The notes under the pieces were generated by a model. The model ran no database searches. It was given only the letters and a program-made list of their open reading frames with translations, and was not told where the DNA came from. A stretch of DNA of 64,000 nucleotides from Podarcis tiliguerta (Eukaryota): assembly GCA_965153285.1 (NCBI GenBank), contig OZ229116.1. One strand, given 5' to 3'. Every line of letters starts with the position of its first letter. The first letter of the stretch is position 1. Position numbers and translations under genes: made by a program. Below are positions 25,936 through 39,430 of the stretch, in pieces.

Positions 25936-26919
25936 AATGTTGTTTTGTTATGAAAATAAAAAGCAGAAATACTACCAGTATGATCATATCTTTGTGTTCC
26001 AGTAAAAAGGACAACTGAAAGAGTCACATATTTGAGAATGCCCTCCTTTGGTTCTTTTGGAATTAATACTTCATTGCTTTTTAGACGCAGTTTTTAGATT
26101 CTTTCATGCTAGCCAGTGACTTTTAATGTCTTGGAACTGCTACTGTGACTATGAAGAGAACTTTCAAACTCCATGGTCAGGCAATACCTTCATTATTGCC
26201 AACAAAAATGCCACAAATTCTAGCTCCTGAAATTCTCATATTAGAAATTTCCAGAGATGCAGTATTTTTACAATTCCGTTTGCAGAAGTATTTACATTTT
26301 TTCAATCAGAAGCTCATACTTTATTGGACACTTCTGCCTGACCAGAGATCTCTCTGTGTAACATTTTTGGGAAAAATGAATAGCGTTAAAGCTGGAACTA
26401 GATGTTCTTTCAAAGGTTGTGTGGCTTTCATCAAATGCAGCAGTTCTGTGTCTCCCCCTCTCACCAAAAGAACTCAAAGTAAAACAAAAGGTGTAACATG
26501 ATGCCATTGCTTTCAAAGCTTCATCACCCATGCATGTGGCAACCAATGAAGTGAGGAAAATTGCAACAAGATTCATTAGATGTTACAGATTTTTTAAAAG
26601 GCTGCTTTTGGCGTTGGCATAGTATCCTTCTGCATGGGACTGTCTCAGATGGGCATTGAGGGCAAGACAGGTTCTAATGCTAGTGGGACAAGCAGCCAAT
26701 AAACCCAACCACCCATGTATGTACTTCTCTTACTTTGTGACTTTACCAAATACTTGCGTCAGTGACATTGTCTGCATATCATACATACAGGCTGCAAGTT
26801 CCCCTGGCTTTGCCACCTTAGCATTATGGAGGATCATGAGCAATCCAAACATCCTAAAAACTATGCTGCTGTACAGTTCTAAGATGAGACACCAGAGAAG
26901 ACCACATTTTCCATCAAGT

Positions 26920-27050
26920 GGCTCTTCTCGGTCTCATGGAGAGATCGTTCCCAGCTATGTTCCTGGAGATTCTTTAACTGGAGAGGGTAAGAATTGAATC
27001 TGGGACCTTCTGAGTACAACAAACTATAGAATTCCACCACTCAGCTATAG
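26920..27050 (-). mobile_element. Degraded tRNA-derived SINE (Squam3-like)
   Basis: Minus strand ctatagctgagtggtggaa...agaaggtcccagattcaattc...tctccag. Confidence 0.5.
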
Positions 27051-27084
27051 AATTCCAAATGTGGGGGAGTAGAGATTATTATTG

Positions 27085-27297
27085 GTCACCTGTTTATCCC
27101 ACGTTTCCCCCAAGAAGTTCAGGGCAGCTTAGAGGTATGTGAGTGTGGGATCATTCCATTTTATCTTCTCAACAACCCTGGAGAAAGGCCAGGTTGAGAG
27201 AGATGTGACCAACGCTGCCCAGTGAGCTTCTTTTTGGATGAGTAATTATTAGAACTCAAGATTCCATGGTTCAACATTCTGTCCATTGCACCACAGG
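27085..27297 (-). mobile_element. Old MIR/CORE-like SINE
   Basis: ttttatcttctcaacaaccctg...ggttgagag...gcccagtgagcttc core pattern. Confidence 0.5.
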
Positions 27298-28480
27298 CTT
27301 CAAATATAGAACCTCTCAAAGCTGCCATACCTAAGCATTGCCACAATACACTTATTATTAATATGTCTACTTATGTGAAACATATTCTGTTCATACCTGA
27401 GATACTTTTTCTAGATATTTCTCCTTCTTTGCCTTCTCCTAAACTGGTAAAAACATAAGCTGAAATCACTATGCATAGACTGCTGGTTAAAGATAATATA
27501 CACTGTCACATAAAGCCAAATTCCTATAACTAAATATTTAATATTATGGAGAATCAAAGACTGCAATGAAATTGGTTTACAAACAGGTGACAGTAGGTCC
27601 CGGTCCACATGTGCATATTTATCCTTTGATGACTGCAGCATCTAGTGTGAACACAGATGTCACACCACAAATAAAATGGTTGAATGTTCTGAAACAAATC
27701 CAACATATCAGTTCAGCTGCCAAGTGATCAAACTGTGTTCACTCAGTTAACAAGTGATGTAGTTGTTCACATGAACTAGCCCTAGATTTTATACTCAAGG
27801 TGTGAAAGCACATAATTAACTCCAAAGGTTTGGATACTTCTTAATAAGATTTGATGAATGCAGTTGTTGTATAATGACTGTAATGTTTTAATTTAGCATG
27901 TTCTAAAGCTTCCCAATCATCTCAAACTCCTGAACTGTCTCAGACTTTCATTGGGAAAATACAGCTGATGAGTTTTGATCATATTATGGGTCTAACCCCA
28001 TATGTGGGGTTAGAAATGGATTTCCCCATCCACAAGAGTGGTGAGTGATAAAACCTGGGTATCGTCCTCCCTTAGTAGTGTGTGTCATCTAAGAACTAGG
28101 CATACATTATACTTCCAACAAGGCAAATAAATGCATAATACTGTTTTGATCTCAAATCTACTTATTTAACAACTATGAAATAGTTTTTCTCGTCAAAGAG
28201 AGTAAGCAAACATTCACTCTGATTCTTTCTTTCCTGGGGGACTCTGACAAATATTTCTTTTGACCAAAAGAAGTCTAGTTTTTATGGGGAAAAGTGGTGT
28301 GCTTGTTGTATGTGTGGCATAGGTATTTTCAAATACCAAAAACTATAAGCTTCTGTTAAAGATAAAATAATATGAGTGGAAGAATGTTCTTCCAACCCCC
28401 TCTTCATAAAAGCACATAACAATTAATAGCAGGCATCATATTTAAAACCTCAGACCCCAGATCTGAAAGGGATAGCTCAC

Positions 28481-30895
28481 CTGTGTATTGGCCGAATCTC
28501 TGTTACTGCTATTAATATCTTCAGCAATGAGGAAGGGATCCTTTATTTCAGATGTATCTTTATTGCTCAGAGTATTGGAATAATTTGCCTTAGAAATATT
28601 AAACTGACTTTTCCTAGAGTCTGTGGTGAGAGAAACCTCCTGGCAGTAGGAGTGCAGAAATGCTCGGACTCCATCGATCCCCACAAACTGTGAGACGGGA
28701 GCCCCACTAAAATTCACACTCCCCGACTCAAACAGTTGAGAATTTCTCCACCTATGCAACCTGACAGCCAGTAACACAAGGAGGAAAGTGAAGAACAAGC
28801 AGGAGACAAAAGCCACTGCAAGGACCAGGTAGAAGGTGAGATCTGACGGTGGCTCTACCGGAGCTGAGATGCTGCTAAGGTCTGAAAGGATTGCAGGGAT
28901 GGTGTCAGCCAGCACCACAGTCAGAGTGGCTGAAGCAGAGAGAGGTGGCTGCCCATTGTCCTTGACTAAAACCACCACGCTTTGCTTGAGGGCATCTTTC
29001 TCCAGAAAGAAGCGGGCCGTCCTGATCTCTCCCGTGTGGAGCCCCAGAGTGAAGAGCCCTGGCTCGGTGGCCTTGATCAGCTGGTAGGAGAGCCAGGCAT
29101 TCTGGCCAGAGTCCGCATCCACGGCCACCACCTTAGTGACCAGGTAGCCTGGCTCAGAGGAGCGAGGGGCCAGCTCTATCCCCGTGGAGCCATCAGTGGG
29201 AGGCGAGGGGTACAGGATTTGGGGAGCATTGTCATTCTGGTCCAGGATGAAGAGAGTCACTGAGACGTTAGAGCTGAGTGGTGGAGAGCCTCCGTCCTGG
29301 GCCTTGACCAGGAACTTAATCTCCCTTATCTCCTCATAATCAAAAGAGATCAGGCCATAGACAATCCCAGTCTCAGAGTTAATGGAGAGGAAGGAAGATA
29401 CTGGGGAGTCACCGATGTTGTGCTCAATGATGGAATAAGTGACTCTGGAGTTCTCTCCACAGTCTGGATCATCAGCCTTCAGGGAAAATATGGAGGCCCC
29501 TCTTGGGTTGTTCTCCATTAAATACGAAGTATAAACGGATTGCAGGAAGTGTGGAGGGTTGTCGTTTGTGTCTAAAATCTCAAGTGGAATAACAATCGAT
29601 GTGGAAAGTGGAGGGGTCCCGTGATCCGTGACTGTGACAGTGATGTTGTAGGCAGCCACCTGCTCTCTGTCCAGGGCTCTTGTTGTCACCAAACTGTAGT
29701 AGTTGCCATAGGCTTTTGTCAATAGAAATGGGAGGTTGCTGGAGATAGAGCACGTGGCTTCTGCATTCTCTGCCGAATCCTCATCTTGCACATTCAGAAG
29801 GGCTATTGCAGTCGCTGGTGGGGAGTTCTCAGGGATGGAGCTGATAAGTGAAGTTATTTCCAGTGTCGGTGCATTGTCATTTACATCAGTAACAAATACT
29901 ATGACAGTTGATCTGTCCAATAGACCTCCACCATCATGGACCTGGACCTCAATTTCATGAAGTGTAGACTCCTCATAGTCTAAGCCTGTTGCAAGTGTAA
30001 TTTCCCCAGTATGTGAATTCAAATGGAATATTTGTGAAGCCCTTTCTGTGATCTTTCTGAATGAATATTTCAGTTCCTTGTTGATACCTTCATCCAGGTC
30101 AATGGCTTTTAATATAACCACTGTGGTACTAACAGGAGTATCTTCCCTAACGCTTACTTCATAGCTATGGTGGCTAAAAACTGGTGCATTGTCATTAGCA
30201 TCTAAAACTGTCACTTGTATCTGTACAGTTCCTGTCCTGACTGGATCTCCCCCATCATATGCTGTGAGGACCAGATTATGAATAGCTTCCTCTTCACGGT
30301 CCAAAGGCCTTTCCAGTACCAATTCAGTGTATTGTCTACCGTCAACTGTCTCTTGCACATTTAGGGAGAAATGGCTACTGTTGCTGAGTTTGTATCCCTG
30401 AAGGGTATTGGTGCCCAAATCTAGATCCTGAGCTTCATCGAGGGGAAAGTGAGATCCAGGTGCTGTGGTCTCACTCATTCTGAGCTCCAGTTTCTCTGAA
30501 TGGAAGGTGGGAGCGTTGTCATTAATATCTGTGATTTCCACTTCAGCACCATATACTTTCATTGAATCCCCCACTATGGTATCAAAATTCAAGACACACT
30601 TTTCCACTTGTCCACAGAGCACCTCTCTGTCTATTCTCTCTGTGACGTACAAATGACCACTCTTATAATTCAAAGCAAAATACTGTGTCCTACCTCGAGA
30701 AACAATGCGGACTCCACGGCGTGAGAGCTCTTTTAATTCCAGCTTCAGGTCTTTGGCGATGGGCCCCACGAAAGAACCTTTTTCTGCTTCTTCAGGGATG
30801 GAATAATGAATCTGCCCTGTAACAGCTTGCCAAACATGAACCAGAATGAAACAAAAGACAGCTCTCCTTCTGCAATCCTGGGAAAAGGTTTCCAT
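28481..30895 (-). CDS. PCDHGA: Protocadherin gamma-A-like variable exon 6; 2415 bp
   Basis: ORF 28442..30895 with gammaA signatures [80 protein letters not shown]; donor CAG|GTGAGC at 28481/28480. Confidence 0.96.
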
Positions 30896-31166
30896 TGCCA
30901 GTTGTACTTCTGTGCCAAGGTGAAGATCCCACTTCTTTGATAGAGTGGCTATATTTTAGATTTGTCTGTATGTGACTGAAATTCTTAATATATACACACA
31001 TACAACACAGATATCTCTATTGCCTGTATTTAAAATACAGATTTGATTTAATATAAGATCCTCCAGTTGTTCAGATTCCGTACGTGTGATCTCTCTTTCT
31101 GCATTTTCTGCAATGAAGCGGTTGGATGGGAAAGTTGAATCTCTTACTAAATTGTTCAGCCTTGGT

Positions 31167-31207
31167 TGGTAAACAGCGACACCCAGAGTCCTAAAACAAT
31201 AACTTCA
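31167..31207 (-). promoter_or_regulatory. CSE / CTCF site of exon 6 (canonical CGCT)
   Basis: Minus strand GGACTCTGGGTGTCGCTGTTTACCA closely resembles mammalian Pcdhg CSE; upstream module TGAAGTTA. Confidence 0.88.
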
Positions 31208-32329
31208 TCTTCTTGGTGCTTTCTGAAATGCCATTTTCCTTAGTATGGTATATTTCTCATCCTGATACATCAGCTGCAAGTACAGTAGATGACAGGGGAA
31301 AAAACTCCCACTCCATCTGTGTGACATTTTGTAGCAATCCAGGTTCATGATTGAATCACATTTCTGATCATGGAAACTGATTGTTCTCTGCTTATAATCA
31401 TTATACTGCTATTGTAGGCTGTTACTCTCCACACAGTCTCTTGGAAGTTGGTAGACACTGTGACGATCTTGTCTGAAATATCATGAAATATATTCCCCTG
31501 ATATTTTCTGGTACTTTAATAAGCATTTTTTTCTGTTCAGATTTTAAATAATGTGGAATCCAGCTAGAAATTCACATGTATATATGCATGCACGCATGTG
31601 ATCATAAATCTTTTCTGTGCTATCTAGAATTTAAACCAACTCTCTTATAAAAATAGATAACTCTTAAATTATGGGAATAAAATAACGATAAAATATGTTT
31701 CCAAAATATTTATTTTTAAAATGTTTATCCTACCTATGCCCCCAAATTTGCTCAGAGCAACTTTATCTCAAGAAATATAAGGATAAGGTAACAGGAAGGG
31801 TTGTGCCCATAACATACACATTCATATGCACATTTACTCAAGGCCGAATACATGGTACATTAAAATATCTTGTGTAGACCCTGTGACTTAGATCAGTGCC
31901 GTGATGCAGGGGGTACCTAATCAGGCTCTCATTTCCCCCCAACATGTTGCTTTGGGTGATCTGCACAGAGTTCTGGCACAGAAAAAAACCTTAGACCCGC
32001 CCATTCTCATGCTGTGGCCCTGATCAAAATTAGAAAATCTTCACAACTGCTTCTACAAAGAAGAAAATTATATTAGGATCGCCAAATGCAGAGCTCCTAT
32101 GTAACAACTAGTTTATCTCTCAGAAGATCCATTGCGTTCAAGCATAGGAGTGTGTGTATGTGTAGAAACAGAGAATCCTGAATCCTAAGAATTGCTAAAA
32201 CCTATTTTAAAGAAGAGTGTTTTTCTGATTGAAATGTTTACATGCAGTCTCAAACAGGGCAGAGCACTACAAATAAATACAAAAAAGGATTTTAAAGGAC
32301 TCCTAAGATTTTTTTTGTATTATAGTTAT

Positions 32330-32490
32330 ATTTTGCCTTTCCTCCAATGAGCTTACATGGCCCCCACCCCTCTTTTATCTTCACAATACAAATGATGTTG
32401 GTTAGGTTGATAGGTTAGTGACAGGCTCAAGTTCACCCAGTGCGCTTCATGGCTGAGTGAGGATTTTAACCTGTCTCTCCCCAATCCTTT
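32330..32490 (-). mobile_element. Old MIR/CORE-like SINE
   Basis: ttttatcttcacaa...ggttagg...ttcacccagtgcgcttcatggctgagtgaggatt pattern. Confidence 0.5.
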
Positions 32491-34147
32491 CATCTCCAAA
32501 CTTTTAGAATTTTGTTGGAGGGATTCAAGCACACAATTAAACTCGACTGAAGTGCTCTGCTGCCATTGCACAACAAATCTGTTTGTAAAAAAATGGGACT
32601 TTTTATGGTTAGGCAAGTGCTAGGGAAATGCACTGGAAAGAGTGAGGTGAATGAATGATTCATGGGAAGATGTATAAATGCTGCAGAAACAAATCAGGAT
32701 CCATGCTCATTGTCACAGAACCTCCCTGCAAACAAATCATAACAAGCGTGCAAGAAATATATAGTCTAACCTCCCCAGTAAGCTTTGTGCAAGCAAATCA
32801 GGATGACTTCTCAATAAACAGGTTGTCTCAAGGGGCCCCTAGTCCAACAGTCAAACAGCTACACCACAAGAACTTTCTTTCTATAAGCACTACATTTCTA
32901 GAAGATTCATCCGACACCAAGCATGTCTGTAGGAATGTGATTCTGCCAAGTGTTTGGGGGGGGGGGACATTTTATCTTATACTGTGTTGTGATGCTAAGC
33001 ATGACATGAAATATCCGATTCTGATTTTGTCACCTAAAACTGCATCAACTGTTCTCAAATTCTCTGCTTCTCTGAAATCTTTATCATCTCTTTCTTTCTA
33101 AACTGGTTTGAAAACTGATTCTTTTTTCCTTTAAAAAAAAATCATAAAAGTGTAGAATTATAGCAAATGATTCGAAATGAGTGACCAAACTAATTCAAAA
33201 ATATGGAGAAAATTACCACCACCCTATCTCTGAAATAAGTTAAGAAAAAAGTTTTGCAGAATGTTTGGAATATGCATCCGCCTTCATCCAGCAACAAGGT
33301 ATCCACACACAGATAACTGGATCTGAACCTGAATGCCCATCCTAGCTTGTCAGGGCTAAGTTAGTATTTGCCTCTTTCCTCACCTGATCATTTTGTTTGG
33401 GTAGGGAGTTATTTGGTTAATGTGTGGAATCTTCAAATATTAAGATTCCTCTATCCAAAATCTTAAACGGCACAGCCCAACATCACAGAAGGGTGCTGAT
33501 TGTTTCAATTCTAAGTTGAGGATTGGGAATTTGGGCAGGTAGTGACAAGCTATTAGAACAAATGAAAACTGAAGACATTGCTAATTATCTATTAGGTGTA
33601 TAAATAATTCCTCTAGTATTCACTGCAATTAAAGGTGAAAGAATATTGCCGTATCAAATGGCAGACATTGTAAAGCACCCCAATTTTCATTGCACACAGG
33701 GGTGCTATGAAATGATATCATAAGATGTGAACTAAGTGGGTGGGATCCAAAATTATTTATCACTTCCTCTTCCTTCCTCCTTCTCCACTCCCATCGCTTC
33801 CAGACTGTGACATATATGCACATTTATCCGCCTTATTAAGTATCCATATAGATGGCAATATGTACATCTGTAAATAAGTAACTACAGAACACGTCTATAA
33901 CGACAGTAGGATTAGTCAGAATTAATATAGAAAAAATGATTGCTTCATTAAAGCTGAAGCAACTAGAAAAACAAGGACTATTTAGCATCTGTTATAAAAG
34001 AAATTATATTTCTTTTCCTCAGACTGTACATCATTATGAATCTATTGGAAGATACATCCACTATCTACAAGATAGTTCTTCATATATAGACACAGTTTAA
34101 AAGTAGTGCAGGAGATAATGTGAATAATATCTAGAATGAAAACTCAC

Positions 34148-36568
34148 CATGTTTGTATTATCCATCTCAGAATTAAAATGGTTTTCTCTGCTGCCTGTAA
34201 AAGGTGGGGCAGTTTTGTCATCACAGATAGCATTGTCTGCAATCTGAACGTTAGGTGTCAGGAATGCAAACTCATTTTTCCTGGTCTCTGAGGACAGACA
34301 GAGCTGGTAGGTGTAGGGCAAAGTCCCTTCTTCAAAATTCGGTGGGAATACGGTACCAGCCTTTGAAAAAGGAGTAGGACCAAAGCACTGAAGGAACTGA
34401 GGACTGCTTGATGTGCGAAGCTTCGTAACAACTGCTAGAATCACCGTAAGGAGAAATAAGAATGAAATCACAGCTAAAGTCAATACTAAATAAAACTGTA
34501 GGTCAGATTGATTATGTGAATCAATACTTTCACTGCTCACTTCTGGGAGCGCTTCTTGGAAGTTCTCAGCAAACACCAGGTTGAGACTCACGGTAGCGGA
34601 CAGTGGTGGCTGCCCATTATCCTTGACTAAGATGATGAGCTTCTGCTTCACAGCATCTCTTTCCAGAAAAGCCCGTGAGGTCCTGATCTCCCCAGTATGG
34701 GAACCAATTGAGAACAGCCCAGGTTCTGTTGCCTGGAGCAGATAGTAGGAGAGCCAAGCGTTGTGTCCAGAGTCAGCATCCACAGCCACCACCTTGGTCA
34801 CCAGATAATCTTCTTCTGCTGAGCGAGGCACCATCTCAAACAAGGATGAACCCTTGACTTCCTGTGAAGGGTAGAGGATTTGAGGATTGTTATCATTCTG
34901 ATCCACAATGAACACTTTCACTGTGGTGTTTCTGCTGAGTGGTGGGGAGCCACCATCTTGTGCTTTCACTTGGAACTGAAACTCCCTGATTTGTTCATAG
35001 TCAAAGGAGCGTTGGGCATAGATCACGCCATTTTCTGAGTTAATGGAGATATAAGAGGACAGAGGCAGGTTCTCCATATTACTATTGAGCAGAGAATAAG
35101 TGATTTGCGAGTTGTACTCTAGATCTGCATCTGTAGCCTTTACACGGAAAATGGAAGTTCCAGCTGGATTGTTCTCTGACAAATAGGTGACATAGGAAGA
35201 TTTTTCAAAAGCTGGGGGGTTATCATTGATATCTGAAATCTGCAGGGAGATGGTTCTGTGGGTGGAAAGAGGTGGTGCACCTTTGTCTGTGGCTATAATT
35301 GTGATATTGTATTCTGGAGTGCTTTCTCTGTCCAAGGGGGCATCTGTAACCAACTTATAGAAGTTATTGGATGTAGCAATTATTCTAAATTGCCAATGAC
35401 TTTGTAAATGACAAGTAATGTTCCCATTGTCTCCAGAATCTTTATCGTTTACATTGATAAGGGCTACCAGGGTTCCTATCGCAGAATCTTCAGGAATTGG
35501 GCTGGATAAGGAAGCCAGGATCACTTCTGGGGCATTGTCATTCTCATCTAATAGCTTTATTTCAACACTGCAATGAGTCACTAATCCACCTCCGTCTCTT
35601 GCTTCTACTGTCATTGCATATTTCTCTGCTTCTTCGTAGTCCAACAACTCCTTAACTGTAATTGTCCCATTCTGGGGATTTAGGAAGAATTTTTTGTGAG
35701 TATTTTCAGGGATGTTGCTAAAACTATACGTGATATGACCATTTGAGCCTTCATCTCTATCTGTGGCTTTCACTTGTATTACTGAAGATCCTTTTGGGGT
35801 ATTCTCTTTAAGACAGACCTTGTACACTTCTTGTGTGAAGATTGGTGAATTATCATTTACATCAATGACATTGATCCATATTTTGGCTGTACCAGTTTTG
35901 GCAGGCTTACCTCCATCCAGAGCCATAAGAATTAAATGGAAACTGCTTTCACTTTCTCGATCCAACTGTTTATTCAGTACTAATTCTGCATATTTCTTCC
36001 CATCTTCTCTCTCTCTAGCTTCAACTATGAAATACTGATTGGGCATAAGGTGGTATTTCTGGAGAGAATTTATTCCAACATCTGGATCTTCAGCAAACCC
36101 AAGCACAAATCGGGCTCCTGGCAAAGTGAGTTCACTTGTCTCTAGTTTGATATTCTCATTCACAAAATGTGGTGCATTATCATTGATATCCTGGATCTGT
36201 ACAGTAACATGAAAAATATTCATAGGATTTTCAACCATCACTTCAAAACTAATGAGGCAATATGCATTGCTCCCACATATTCCTTCTCTGTCTATCCTGT
36301 CATTTACATATAGATTCCCATTTTCTGCACTGAGAGAGAAATATTGCTTTTTACCTAGGGAAAGGATATGCAGATTGCGATTTGCTATTTCTCCAGCATT
36401 CAGCTCCAAATCTTTGGCAAGATTTCCTACAATGGAGCCTTTTTCCATTTCCTCAGCGATAGAATACTGAACGTGCTCTGAGGCAGTCTGGCACAACAAG
36501 GACAATAACAAGAGGAGTGGTACTTGCCTTTTTACCGACCCATTTTTCTCTTTGTCCCTGTTGTCCAT
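34148..36568 (-). CDS. PCDHGB: Protocadherin gamma-B-like variable exon 7; 2421 bp from ATG 36568 (in-frame upstream ATG at 36607)
   Basis: ORF 34097..36607; donor ATG|GTGAGT at 34148/34147. ATG 36568 gives the same length as the paralogs. Confidence 0.95.
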
Positions 36569-36842
36569 CTGATTTGGTGAGACAATTGCTTTATTATTTT
36601 CTTGCATATTTTCATCAGATGGAGATTCTCAAGTTCCCATCAGGTCCCACAAATCCACAATAAGGAAGTATAAAAGCAGTCACTGTCTCTTTCTATATGT
36701 TGCAGTGGGTTTTATTTCCTCAGCAAAAGTGTTTTAATGCTCCTGTGTTCTACTATCTTCCAGTTCTGCAGTCTGTGGCTGAACAATGGCACTGCAGGAA
36801 GCATCGCTTAGCAGATCCCATGCAGCACCATGAGAACTACAT

Positions 36843-36883
36843 TAGCCAACAGCGACACTCTGAGTCTGAGATGGAGAACTTCA
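36843..36883 (-). promoter_or_regulatory. CSE / CTCF site of exon 7 (canonical CGCT)
   Basis: TGAAGTTC-N21-CGCTGTTGGCTA. Confidence 0.87.
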
Positions 36884-37973
36884 TGTGCTGCTTCCCCCCC
36901 CCCTTCCTCTAGTGCTTAGATGTAGAATAAAAGAGCAATCTATTTTCAAATGCAGTATGAGAAGGTTTTCTTGCTTTGTAACTACTTTTTGGTGTTTTGC
37001 ATTTACAGGAGCAGGGAATGGAAATACATTTCAAGTGCTTTAGAGATGCAACAACCTCCCCATCCCTCAAATTTTCCATCTTCCCTCTGTACTTCCACAG
37101 ATAACTGATGGAAGAGATTGTTAGCACTCAACAACATTTTGTAGCCAATTAATGCAACTTCTATGCCCAGCCCTCCTCTGTAAAACAATACATTTAATAA
37201 AATTCAGCAATATCACTATTTTTAATGAAAATGTGAGCAACTAACAGAGCAATCCTATTGAGGTTGGACAGGCAGCATGGATGGCAGAGATAATTGTAGC
37301 AGAGGAACCAAGTGATGAATAGGGCACATGATAGGAGGTAGCTTTTTTAACTTTCCCCATTTTCTTTCTTGTAAAAAAAAAAAAAATTGGTTCCACAGGG
37401 AAGGAAAATAACTCCAGGGCTGGTGTAGTTTCCCACCTATTCCATCCTTGAGTAGGTCTGGGAAACAAGGGAATCTAAAGCCTCCCTGGAGCACCCCCTT
37501 CTTGCTTCTTCCACCCATAGAGCACTGCCTGCAATACAGCCATGGCAACGGAGTGTTCTGTCACTGGTCAAGGAATGACCTCTCCAGTGGAGCTTCCTCT
37601 CTGCTGTTAGATAACTTCCTCTGCTCAAAGGCGAAGGTCTGCAGAATCCCAGGTCCCCTGGGACCACTTACAACAGAGGACTAAAATAGTCCTTGCTACT
37701 TACTCCAAACTCTTCTCTAAACGCTTGCACAAACACTTGTAAAACCGCACTGGTGGTTATTTTTCTAATTCATTTTATGCATGACACACAGGGTACAAAA
37801 TACAGAGAGAGGAATAAAACAGAGACCTTTAAAAGTAGTTAACTTTGTCATCATTTGTCACTAAAATGTTGGCCTGGGTTTAAGGTGAATACATAATGGC
37901 ATGCATGAGTGCTAAATAACAGTTTGGCCAAAGTTTGAACTGTTTGTCAACGTATCCTCAAATACTGTTGTGA

Positions 37974-38120
37974 CATAGAATCGTAGAGTTGGAAGGGACC
38001 CTGAGGATCATCTAGTCCAATCCCCTGCAATTCAGGAATATGCAGCTGTCCCATACAGGAATAGAACCTACAGCCTTGGCATCATCAGCATCATACTCTA
38101 ACCAACTGAGCTATCCAGGC
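37974..38120 (-). mobile_element. Short tRNA-derived SINE with CR1-type tail
   Basis: Minus strand GCCTGGATAGCTCAGTTGGTTAGAG head and CCCTTCCAACTCTACGATTCTATG tail. Confidence 0.8.
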
Positions 38121-39239
38121 TGACAATGCTGCAATACTGTTAACATTTATATTCTAGCTGCACAGTTCTAGGAACATAGCTGAAATAGTTATGTAACTTC
38201 ATTTAAAATATTGAAAGCAGCAGAAAGACCTCAGCACCAGATCATAACCATTGCCACCTGATTCATGAGGTTGAGTATGCCATGAGAATTGTACTAGGGT
38301 TGGATTCACAGTCTGAGACCTCTACATATACAAAACATGTTTTTGTATGAGCTTTGGAGACCCACCTTGCCCGCCCATCTCATTCATCAGTCACTCTATC
38401 CTTGCAGGTTGCTCTTCCTGGCCCAGGCAAACTGACTGTCAGTAAGCATCTTGAGTGTCTGTACCAGATGGTGTTTGCAGTGTTGAATGCTCTAGAAAAG
38501 ACCCTCCTTTAACCACACCATGCATCTTGACACTTGACATGCCCATAGTGCTGTCCTGATACAGATGTGGTCCCCAGATACAGGATAATATTGCTCCTGG
38601 CATCCATACCTGGAGTCCAGGGCCTGTAAAGATCCATGGATGCCTCTATGTCCTACCTTCAGTTTGAACAAACAGAGAGCTGGATCACTCCAGAAATGAA
38701 CAACTCAGTACAATGTTGAAACTTACATATGTGTGATCACAGAAGTGTGAATATAAATGATAAAATTATATGAATATACAAGATGACGGGTACAGAATTT
38801 TGTTATAATTCACATTTTAAGGCACTTATTTTCCAGACTCCAGAAACTATGCATGGATACATATTCGTGGATTCAAAAGTTTGATAGAGTAACATGGTAC
38901 TTAAGCACATGTAAAAATGTGTTTATTACCATTCATCTTTAATCATTCCATTCCCCACCCCTTGTGCACGTCAGGCAACTTGCTCCTTGGAGGAATAGAT
39001 TTGTCTATTTTTTGCTTATTTATCTACTTGATTTATACACTACTCTTCAAGCCACAGGTTTACAATCAGATAAAATAAAATCAATATATAAAATCCATAG
39101 ACTAGTACAAATTTTTAAATGGAAAACATGGCAACTCATAACAATTCAACTAAGTAGCAATTTCCTAATAGGAACAGCAACAGCAAACTAAACAATTTTT
39201 TTTCTAATCAAGTCTCTCCTTCTCCAAACATCACCTGAA

Positions 39240-39430
39240 AAAGGTTTGCCTTAACTAGCCACCTAAAATTATATAGATATGGGACTAGATGCACCTTAGA
39301 AGGGAGGGAGTTTCACATGTGAGGAGCCATCACTGACACTGCCCTCCCCTGGGCCTTGCACCATCCTGTTTAGAGACCACCAAGAGGGCCTCATCTGCTA
39401 AAGCATGGGCAGACTGATATGGAAGAAAGT
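39240..39430 (-). mobile_element. Possible degraded L2-type LINE 3' fragment
   Basis: gggagggagtttcaca...gccatcactga...gccctc resembles squamate L2 3' region; recognised only by eye. Confidence 0.3.

Noticed and set aside
32655-33101. Intergenic ORFs of 100-150 aa (also 8585-8962, 26145-26501, 57749-58159)
   Set aside because: No recognisable domains or splice context; expected by chance or derived from repeats.
37974-38120. tRNA genes (also 57690 and the Sauria SINE heads)
   Set aside because: tRNA-like heads continue into SINE bodies and tails and lack a complete cloverleaf.
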